DNA of 64,000 nucleotides. Origin: Cyanobacteria bacterium J06626_4 (GTDB lineage: Bacteria > Cyanobacteriota > Cyanobacteriia > Phormidesmidales > Phormidesmidaceae). Shown here piece after piece: positions 41,680 to 49,082 of the stretch (positions are counted from its first letter, which is position 1; each line of letters opens with the position of its first letter). The notes below the pieces were generated by a model. It was not told the origin of the DNA and did no database searches. It saw only the letters and a program-made list of their open reading frames with translations. Location of the stretch: positions 70,749 to 134,748 of the forward strand of contig JBCBJQ010000005.1 in NCBI GenBank assembly GCA_038523235.1, given 5' to 3'. A program made the position numbers and the translations under genes.

Positions 41680-43125
41680 CTATGGCGACTGCCTTGCAGT
41701 CGTTCGCCGTTCGACCATGGCAGCAAAAGCCTCCGAGACCCTTTCCAGATGGGGGCGGGTATACGGAAAGTTCTCCGCATGGTCAAAGTTGTGGCGCATG
41801 GCGGCATTGGCCTCGAACACGATCACGTTGCGTTCCGAGTCGAGGGTAAAGTCAATGCCGAAGAAATCCAGAGCGATGGTGTCACGGATGGTGTAGAGCG
41901 CATCGAATGCCTTGGAACCTAAGTAGGCGGCGGGATCACGCAAGAAACGGCGCTCGTCCTCCTGGGTCGAAGGCGTGGACGACATCACGCGATAGCGATC
42001 GCCAGAATGGATCTGCCAAGTATCGCTAGCCAAACTGGCCACGGGAAACAGTTCACCGTCAATGAAGAATACGCGTAACTTATGGTAATAACCGTCTGGC
42101 CACCGGCAATCGATAAAGGCGGTCGCATAGACCTCAGTGCCCGGTGGTTGGGCCGATAGCCATTCGATCAGCGCCGCCCGGCTGTCAATCTTGGCCATCG
42201 TCTTACCGGTCTGCGTGCCGCGATGGCGCACGATCACCGGGTAACCGAGCCCGGCTGCTTCTACCTGAGCCGTGATATCTGGCGCTGGCCCTGCCAGGCG
42301 GAACAGCTCTGTCTGCGGCAGGATGACATGAGGTAGAACGCCCAGGCGGCGGGCATTTTCGGCGCGAGTTGTGCGGCGCACCTTGCGAGGTGGGTTAATC
42401 ACGGGCACGTCTGGGAACTTCGCCAGGAAGGCTTCGACGTTGTCCAGTCCGACCGGATCTAGATCAGGGCAGCTGACGCCGTTCACGCACAGGTCAAAGT
42501 CCGGCAGCGCCTCCCGCCTGTCCAGGTTGTCACCGAACACGGTCGCGACGTAGAGGTTGAAGCGGTCTCGGTCCATTAGATTTTTGATAGAAAAGTGGCC
42601 GCCCTTCAGCCAGCAATACCGCAAGCCCGTTTCTCGGTTGGTCTTGATGCCGAAGTGGCTTTTTTCCACCGAGCGGAGACGCAGGATCTTGGGTCGGTCT
42701 GGATGGAGGTGACTGGGTGCCGCGATCGCATTAAGTTGTGCCATCGCCGCGATGCAGCGCCGCGCATTGTCGGTCTCACCCGTGCGGTGGAACAGTGCTG
42801 CCAATACTTCAAGCGCTTCGGCTCCCAAAGGCCCGTTTTGCGAAGCCTGACTTAGCACAAAATACGCTGAGGAGAACTCGCTCAGCTGGAACAGCATGGT
42901 GCCGAGCAATTCGAGTTGCGGCCAATCTAGCGCCGCCCGTTCGGCAGCGATATTGGCGTGTCGTCTCGCTGCAGCCAACTCTCGTCGTTCGGCGCAGGCG
43001 ATCGCCAACTTCAAGTGGGCTTCGGCGATCGTCGACGAGTCGTCCTGTTTAGAGGCTTCGTCGTTCAAGTTGGACTCAGTCAATTCAGAGATCACAATTT
43101 CAGCCTTACTGTTAGTCGAAAACAA
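41680..43125 (-). CDS. TPR + ATP-grasp (RimK/GshB-like) protein (cassette gene)
   Basis: Helical N-terminus; YPVIVR, KLRVFFIDG, LDFFGIDF, VIVFEANA; start uncertain. Confidence 0.8.
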   Translation of the reverse strand: MFSTNSKAEIVISELTESNLNDEASKQDDSSTIAEAHLKLAIACAERRELAAARRHANIAAERAALDWPQLELLGTMLFQLSEFSSAYFVLSQASQNGPLGAEALEVLAALFHRTGETDNARRCIAAMAQLNAIAAPSHLHPDRPKILRLRSVEKSHFGIKTNRETGLRYCWLKGGHFSIKNLMDRDRFNLYVATVFGDNLDRREALPDFDLCVNGVSCPDLDPVGLDNVEAFLAKFPDVPVINPPRKVRRTTRAENARRLGVLPHVILPQTELFRLAGPAPDITAQVEAAGLGYPVIVRHRGTQTGKTMAKIDSRAALIEWLSAQPPGTEVYATAFIDCRWPDGYYHKLRVFFIDGELFPVASLASDTWQIHSGDRYRVMSSTPSTQEDERRFLRDPAAYLGSKAFDALYTIRDTIALDFFGIDFTLDSERNVIVFEANAAMRHNFDHAENFPYTRPHLERVSEAFAAMVERRTTARQSP

Positions 43126-43484
43126 GCGCGGGGTCCGTTACTCAAAAATGCCTAGCTCTGTTAGTGCGGGCAGTCTTTTTCGCAGATCTCCAAGGCGGCT
43201 GCACACGCAGACCAGATCGATAGCAAGGACATCGCTGGGATGTGTTCTGCAATCAAATCGTCTCCGTGGTCGCACCCACACCTCGTGATAGGCAATATGA
43301 TGCCCCTCGCGAATATTTTGTTCCTGGGTATGTGGTGGCGATCGCTCGTCGGGAGTTCAAGACCGCAGATTCAGACGAATAGCGATTTGGGCAGGCAGCA
43401 GAGGCATGGCCAAAACCGTTTTGCGAGTCTTGTTGTTGATGAACCGCGTGATTTTGCCTTGAATCATCACGGTCAAATGAAGCC

Positions 43485-43561
43485 AGATAACGGGGAACTC
43501 ACCTGCAGCAGAGGTTAATGTAAGCGCAGCCCTAGACGTCAGGGGCAGTAATTTATTAGAA
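43485..43561 (-). other. attC site (degenerate) of the TIR-PfkB cassette
   Basis: Minus strand: TTCTAAT-AAATTA-CTGCCCCTGAC...GCAGGTGAG-TTCCCC-GTTATCT. R'' has AAT instead of AAC; L boxes are typical. Confidence 0.72.
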
Positions 43562-43599
43562 ATTATTGAAATTCATTACTCCGATAGGAGATTCTTAAT

Positions 43600-45138
43600 T
43601 TACCTGCTTTTTTTTGAATATGCTTTCTCGATAATCCTGAGATACTTATCTGCTTCGCTTTTTTTCTTGAATTCAAGAGAGTTATCCTCCCTCTTTTGTA
43701 GTTGTGCTTTAAATTCATCCAGTTCGCTTCTCTGCGGACAAGTTGAAGAACCTCCTAAAGAAAGGCAGGCCTTTGCTGCCCAAAATCTCGCATCATCAAC
43801 GGCGCTATATAGATTACTAAAGGAGATAGTCGGACTCTGTGCCAAAGTTGCAATAAGCCCGGCAGCAAAAGCATCTCCTGCCCCGGTGGGATCTACAATA
43901 TTACCCAATTCAAAAGGAGGAGCAATTATGATGCGATCACCAGCATCCTCGAACGTGCAAACTGCACCAAATTCATCAAGTGTTACTATGGCACTTATTT
44001 TTTTCTCGATTAGAATGTCAATAATTTCAGTGAGTTTAAGCTCTTTATTGTTGCTTGCAAAGAGAACTTTCATCTCTTCTATGTGCAACTGCAGTATATC
44101 AATTGCTTCTATTTCATCTTTCCAAAAATCATAACCCATTACTATTTGACTATTACCTAGGTTCGCCAAAATATGACATCTTTCGCGAAATTTCTCAATG
44201 ATGTATTTCGTGCAGCAGCCAGGATTTTCCGGATTTATATCAGGACTGTCGGCCCTGATATGTCCAATGGTCAAAGCAGATATGTTCAAAGAAGTACCTT
44301 CGAGTAAATTTTCGACTCTATCCATCAGGTGACTTGTAAAGTTGTTTGTTCCCTTGGCATCTTCCTTTATTATTCCACGATCATAGAGATCAACAATAAT
44401 GTTTGATCTTGGAGTATCTAAATCAGGGACAAAGAAGTTTTTCGGACTCATAAATGTCTTGATTTTACTGCTTTTCTTTGTGTTAATTGCTGCCTCTAAG
44501 ATTTCTTTGCGCGTTTCTTTTCCCAGTTCGTCATTTCCGACGGTTAAAATAGGAAGGGTGGGAATACTCGCATGCAGTAATCTCAGAGAAACATTTAAGC
44601 CGCTACCTCCTAACAGTTTGCTACTAGATTTTATTTGGTGTTTCGTCCCCATTTGAAATGGTTCTGACAAATGCATTGTGTATTCGCCGTTTGCTCCGCC
44701 AATTGCCAACACAAATCCATTCCAGCTTACAGATTTTGAGCTATCAAAAGATTTCTTCTTTATGTTTTCAGGAATATAATGATCAAAGAAACAGTCGCGT
44801 AGTTCAGATATATTGTAGATACGTTTCGACGAACTAATAAAAGAGGGTATTTCCAAAGATGAATGTGTAAGGTATGGAATAATCTTTTTCTCGAAGGCTA
44901 TCGCCAAACCAATTTCAAATGAAACCCAAGCAGATTGAAGGCTTGCAGGCGAGACAATGACAATCAAAAAAGTGCAGGCTTGAATTCCTTGTTTGACTTT
45001 TGGATTTATTTTGTCACCCAAGAGAATGTCTTTTTCATCGATAAAAACCGTTTCGCCAATGTTTTCTAAAGTCCTTACTATTTCTGATGCAAGTGAGGCA
45101 TCAACACTTGAGTAACTTATAAAAATATTTGCTTCCAT
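43600..45138 (-). CDS. TIR domain-PfkB family kinase fusion (cassette gene)
   Basis: IFISYSS...SAWVSFEIGLA (TIR with catalytic-position Glu); GGSGLNVS and DPTGAGDAFAAG (PfkB signatures); AT-rich. Confidence 0.88.
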   Translation of the reverse strand: MEANIFISYSSVDASLASEIVRTLENIGETVFIDEKDILLGDKINPKVKQGIQACTFLIVIVSPASLQSAWVSFEIGLAIAFEKKIIPYLTHSSLEIPSFISSSKRIYNISELRDCFFDHYIPENIKKKSFDSSKSVSWNGFVLAIGGANGEYTMHLSEPFQMGTKHQIKSSSKLLGGSGLNVSLRLLHASIPTLPILTVGNDELGKETRKEILEAAINTKKSSKIKTFMSPKNFFVPDLDTPRSNIIVDLYDRGIIKEDAKGTNNFTSHLMDRVENLLEGTSLNISALTIGHIRADSPDINPENPGCCTKYIIEKFRERCHILANLGNSQIVMGYDFWKDEIEAIDILQLHIEEMKVLFASNNKELKLTEIIDILIEKKISAIVTLDEFGAVCTFEDAGDRIIIAPPFELGNIVDPTGAGDAFAAGLIATLAQSPTISFSNLYSAVDDARFWAAKACLSLGGSSTCPQRSELDEFKAQLQKREDNSLEFKKKSEADKYLRIIEKAYSKKSR

Positions 45139-45168
45139 GGTTCTGCCTTTCAAGGTTGCTTTGACAAT

Positions 45169-45398
45169 TTCTAACTCTTATCAGATCAATAGTTTCCGTC
45201 TATCTACCCAAAACGGCGCGGATAGACGGAGTGTTCGCAACATATCTCGCTAAACGTGTAGTATAAAGTGCGAACCATCTATATAGTACATCTGAATTAT
45301 GTGAGTGTGTTAAAAAATAAATATAGCGGCTGCGTTTTCTCGGTAAGTCTTGCCAGCTATAGGTCAATATAAATACATTAATTCTGCGTCTGTTACTT
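45169..45398 (-). other. attI-like site and promoter region upstream of intI copy B (platform copy 1)
   Basis: Core TTCTAAC (45169-45175) lies between the divergent first cassette and the intI start; IR TCCGTCTATC-N16-GATAGACGGA at 45195-45230. Confidence 0.7.
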
Positions 45399-45803
45399 AT
45401 GGAAACTCAAACGCGAATGCTACTCGATCAAGTTAAGGGGATGTTTGAGAAAGGGCCCATGTCCACGGAGTTGCGGCCCAAAATGCCGATTCCATCGTCA
45501 GTGCTTCTGGGTACTTCAAGTAGCCAAACATCGGCTGGATGACTTTTCAAACATCCTCTAAGGTTCAGATTCGGTTAAAGAATTACTCCTATCGCGCCGA
45601 CCTACATTCTATTTCATCAAAAGCGTCATCCTGTAGAAATAGGGAGTATGGAGTTAGAGGCATCTCTGACTCACTTAGCGGTCGTGGATAAAGGTTCAGC
45701 TTCGACTCAAAAACAAGCGATTAACGCAGTTGTTTTTCTCCATCGTTAGGTGCTCGAATAGGATTTAAACATGGAGATCAACGCAGTACGGGCGAAGCGA
45801 TCA
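45399..45803 (+). pseudogene. intI: Integron integrase N-terminal fragment, copy B, interrupted by a MITE
   Basis: METQTRMLLDQV[MITE]KVQIRLKNYSYR / YILFHQKRHPVEIGSMELEASLTHLAVVDKGSASTQKQAINAVVFLHR*VLE*DLNMEINAVRAKRS; catalytic domain absent. Confidence 0.9.
45437..45558. mobile_element. 122-bp MITE (IS5-family-like ends) with TAA target duplication
   Basis: Ends GGGGATGTTTGAGAA / TTTTCAAACATCCTC; TAA at 45434-45436 and 45559-45561; excision restores the intI frame. Confidence 0.85.
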
Positions 45804-45902
45804 CACCCAGCAACTAGACCAAGTTCCATAGGTAGGCTTCAGCGATCCGGGTATCGGCAGCGATCGGGGTAGATTTATTTGTTGGGCAACAATAAGTGAA
45901 GA

Positions 45903-46454
45903 TCACGCTTGCAAAACCACAGACAACAGGTCATGCCACGGGGATGAAACGTATGCAATGACTCTCCTCCCCGTTACGCCTGATTGTTGCAGCGCCACAA
46001 AATGCTTATACTCATCAATCCTAAACCGGTGGTTGTCTACGCAAAAATATCTAATCTGTATTTTCTCACTCCGTTCAGTGATTAGCTGAATTGTACCTTC
46101 CACGAGCTGAGCACTTCCCTCCCGAAGGGTTCGCTTCATTTGATGCCGATAGTAAAAAATAAAAGCCCACACAATTAGGCCAAAAAAAGCTGTTACGCCA
46201 AAGTACGTTAGTAAGACTTTAACCCCCATAGTCCCCGTTCGAATCATCTCTGCCGAAAAACCCAGCAGGCCCAGTCCGAAAGTAATGAAGAATAACTCCC
46301 ATGCAGCTCGGGAATTAGCATAGTGAGTCTTTGTGATCCGGGCCTTTTGTGCTGCAGATATCTCACCCGTGCGGTTGGCTAAAATATCTGCTGGTGAAAA
46401 CTCAAATACCTCGGCAAGGATAGCTTGCAGGTCTGATCCTTCATTTTGGATCAT
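45903..46454 (-). CDS. Hypothetical 2-TM membrane protein (cassette gene)
   Basis: 183 aa from ATG 46454; follows attC 46546-46617 and is followed by the R''-like GCCCAAC (45881-45887). Confidence 0.75.
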   Translation of the reverse strand: MIQNEGSDLQAILAEVFEFSPADILANRTGEISAAQKARITKTHYANSRAAWELFFITFGLGLLGFSAEMIRTGTMGVKVLLTYFGVTAFFGLIVWAFIFYYRHQMKRTLREGSAQLVEGTIQLITERSEKIQIRYFCVDNHRFRIDEYKHFVALQQSGVTGRRVIAYVSSPWHDLLSVVLQA

Positions 46455-46545
46455 AGGGAAATCCCACTTCAATACAGATAAATAATGCCTGTCGGAAAAA
46501 TAACGATCGTCACCGCAACACACTTATTCCGACAACGGCTAACTA

Positions 46546-46617
46546 ACCTAACGACTCGCATCAGCAACTGACAAAGCGCGTAGTGGTTTGCCAGTCCGTT
46601 GCATACGCTTGTTATGT
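46546..46617 (-). other. attC site (intact-looking, 72 bp) of the RidA cassette
   Basis: Minus strand: ACATAAC-AAGCGTATGCAACGGACTGGCAAA-CCACTACGCGC-TTTGTCAGTTGCTGATGCGAGTC-GTTAGGT, starting 3 nt after the stop codon. Confidence 0.9.
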
Positions 46618-46620
46618 GAT

Positions 46621-47016
46621 TCAGGTTTTTGCCATCACTCTGATTTCCACTAAGGCACCCTCTGAAGCAAGTTCCGTGACACCGATTGCAGTCCACGCCG
46701 GGTATGGCTCCGATATGAATTCACTTTTTACAGCTATAAATTTTTCCAGATGACTGCTTAACCCAACATGATAGGTAGTCATTTCAACGATATTTGAATA
46801 CCCTATGCCTGCTTCTTCTAGTACTGCGATGATTCGTTTGAAGGCTTGCCGAGTTTGGTCTTCTATATCTTCCGGCACAGTGCCATCATCGAACGTTCCG
46901 GTACATCCAGATACAAAAATAAATCCTTGGCACTCGACTGCTGGCGAAAAACCCCATTCTCGGTAGTAATCTGGGGTGCCTTCAGGGTAAATTACTTTCT
47001 GGTCAGTTTTGCTCAT
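46621..47016 (-). CDS. RidA/YjgF/UK114 family protein (cassette gene)
   Basis: FSPAV, IFVSGCTG, PYPAWTAIGV, LVEI. Confidence 0.9.
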   Translation of the reverse strand: MSKTDQKVIYPEGTPDYYREWGFSPAVECQGFIFVSGCTGTFDDGTVPEDIEDQTRQAFKRIIAVLEEAGIGYSNIVEMTTYHVGLSSHLEKFIAVKSEFISEPYPAWTAIGVTELASEGALVEIRVMAKT

Positions 47017-47035
47017 CACTTAATCTCACACAATC

Positions 47036-47282
47036 ACATAACTTTCATGGGATCGATAGCTGCAGTCTATCTACCCGAAACAAGTTGGATAGACTGATTA
47101 TGTGCAATATATCCTGCAAAGTTAGGTAGATAGGCTGCAACTGATCCCTATAGTCTTTTCCTGTCGGACAGATAGCCTGAAAGGCTCAATATATCTGCTT
47201 TTTTTCGGTGACTGCCTTTGTGGAAAATACGGCATCGACAGAGATCGCACCCACCAACTAGGCTCAACACCACAGGTCGGCT
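47036..47282 (-). repeat. attI-like platform copy 2 (no intI)
   Basis: Core ACATAAC, then 21/29 identity to copy 1 with identical spacing; IR CAGTCTATC-N16-GATAGACTG; ends in the shared tail CGCACCCACCAACTAG. Confidence 0.75.
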
Positions 47283-47384
47283 GATATCAGCGATTCGATG
47301 CGTGTCTATCAATCGGGTAACGATAACTTTGATCGGCCTTCTCTTGTCCGCGCCCCATCGCATCGATTAGCTAGTTGCAGTGGC

Positions 47385-47643
47385 TTATGCTCTATAGGTG
47401 GGCAGTGCTGGCACCGATAGGCGGAACCGATTCATAAGGCGCGGGCTGTCAGCAGACATCGCGCTACGATCGTGCAAGACGCGTTGATTGTCCATGATTA
47501 AAACTTCGCCGGGCGGTAGCGCCAAGCGCACCGATCGCTTGGATAGTTCGTAGATGTATGGCCAACACCGTTTTGTGAGTCTGTATGTTGATGAACCGCG
47601 TGGTTTTACCTTGAATTATTGCGGTCAAATGAAACCAGACAAC
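47385..47643 (-). pseudogene. Internally deleted relic of the ATP-grasp/TauD cassette
   Basis: 47558-47643 is collinear with 43406-43491; 47404-47545 is collinear with the TauD 3' end 40824-40965 (MDNQRVLHDRSAMSADSPRLMNRFRLSVPAL). Confidence 0.85.
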
Positions 47644-47676
47644 GCCTATCACAGTGGTTTAGCAAGCTCATTGTTG

Positions 47677-48153
47677 CTACTTATTAAATTCTTGTTCATT
47701 GATTTCAATTTCTATCTTATTGGATCTGGGAAATGGAATTGGAGCTTTGGTCACACCAATTACAAAGCAAGCTAATGATGAATATTCGTTCAGATTTTCA
47801 ATGTTTTCATAGGGCATTCCAACATATTTATATCCATCAATATAGTGCGCGACATCAGCTCTTAATCTCCCTGATTTATTAGCTAAGCTTTTGTGCTCAG
47901 GGTTGGAAAAATAAAATATTTCATCATCCATGTACACGTCACCATGAATGGTGTCTTCAGTTTGATTCACTTCACATCGGAACTGAATTAATCGAGATTT
48001 ACTTAATTCGGTTAGATTTTCCTGTGTATAGAAATGAATTGCTAATCTATCATCCTCTACTTCAGACTTTATCTTAGTGATTTCAAACTCTCTCGGAAAA
48101 ATGGAGCAGCCTGAGAGTATGATTGCCAAAAAGATGAACGATATATTTCTCAC
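47677..48153 (-). CDS. Hypothetical lipoprotein (cassette gene)
   Basis: Lipobox ILSGC; AT-rich; GTG start 4 nt after the GTTAAAT core. Confidence 0.8.
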   Translation of the reverse strand: MRNISFIFLAIILSGCSIFPREFEITKIKSEVEDDRLAIHFYTQENLTELSKSRLIQFRCEVNQTEDTIHGDVYMDDEIFYFSNPEHKSLANKSGRLRADVAHYIDGYKYVGMPYENIENLNEYSSLACFVIGVTKAPIPFPRSNKIEIEINEQEFNK

Positions 48154-48157
48154 AGGA

Positions 48158-48479
48158 ATTTAACTCTGATTAGAGCGATATTTGCAGTCTATCTGTCCGA
48201 AACAAGTCGGCTAGACTGATTTAAGAGTTATGCACTGCACAAACCAGCCAACCTAAGCATTGACGAATCCAAAAGGTTGCAGCATCGTTTGATTGTTTGC
48301 AATGCATGCTGCCAAATTAGGTGGATAGGCTGCAACTTATCCCTATCGTCTGCTCCTGTTGGGCAGATATCCTGAAAGGCTCAATATATCTGCTTTTTTT
48401 CGGTTACTGCCTTTTTGGGGCATCAGGCATCAGCCGCGATCGCACCCAGCAACTAGAGCAAACTCCATCGGTCGGCTTC
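48158..48479 (-). repeat. attI-like platform copy 3 (no intI)
   Basis: Core ATTTAAC plus the same 29-nt segment and IR; ~48290-48479 closely matches ~47095-47282; ~74 extra nt after the IR. Confidence 0.75.
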
Positions 48480-48507
48480 GCCACTCCAGTGCAACGCGTT
48501 GTTAGGT
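48480..48507 (-). other. Half attC (R''-L'' arm only)
   Basis: Minus strand: ACCTAAC (contains the stop codon)-AACGCGTTGCACTGGAGTGGC, then switches to the platform tail. Confidence 0.65.
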
Positions 48508-49038
48508 GTCTTTGCCGTAGAAACAGTTAACTACCCGGTTAGCCGTCGCGCGTTCGAGTACCTGAGGTTTCAGAACGCTCCAGACCGCATCTGGGCCAGT
48601 GGCCATGCAGGCCAGAATGCAGCGGTATATATTAGTGCGTCGGTCTTTTGAGGGTTCATCCGCCGCGAATTGCACATACACATTCGCAGCATGCAACCAC
48701 ACTGCAATCTCGCGCTTCGGATTGGCGTCGCGGCGGAATCCATCTTCCCAGTCTTCCAGCGTTAAGTCGCGATGTTCAGCAAAAGCAGTTTGAATTTGGC
48801 GCAGGTAGTCACGGATATCATCGTCGAACGGTGCGTGTTTAACCGGCTGCGGCTGCAGTTGCTCGGGGAGCACCCACACCAAGCCCTCCATTCCTTGGAT
48901 CTGCACCTCGATTGCGCCGGGGTTCAGTTCGCTGCGTGGGATGTGGGCGACGAATTTCACATTAAAGTCGTAGAACGGCACAGTATCCGGCGAATCGGGC
49001 TGGGCCAATAGGCGATTGAGCCAGTTGCGGAATCCCAT
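48502..49038 (-). CDS. Hypothetical protein (cassette gene)
   Basis: 178 aa; stop codon lies inside an attC R'' box. Confidence 0.8.
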   Translation of the reverse strand: MGFRNWLNRLLAQPDSPDTVPFYDFNVKFVAHIPRSELNPGAIEVQIQGMEGLVWVLPEQLQPQPVKHAPFDDDIRDYLRQIQTAFAEHRDLTLEDWEDGFRRDANPKREIAVWLHAANVYVQFAADEPSKDRRTNIYRCILACMATGPDAVWSVLKPQVLERATANRVVNCFYGKDT

Positions 49039-49082
49039 CGGCAGTGTCCTCGATAGAGAGTCCCCTCTTTTCGAAAGGGGGA

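Noticed and set aside
45372..45385. Possible LexA box (AATAC-ATTA-ATTCT) before intI copy B
   Set aside because: It has two mismatches to the cyanobacterial AGTAC-N4-GTTC consensus in AT-rich DNA, and the copy A equivalent is worse. Too weak to call.
48158..48233. Reading copy 3 as an ordinary attC (GCATAAC...GTTAAAT)
   Set aside because: The R''-like box lies in a ~74-nt segment unique to copy 3, it lacks typical L boxes, and no gene ends next to it. A hybrid site is not excluded.
45169..48479. Platform repeats as a CRISPR array or DGR template/variable repeats
   Set aside because: Units are 250-320 nt and separated by whole genes. There is no reverse transcriptase, and mismatches are not adenine-specific.
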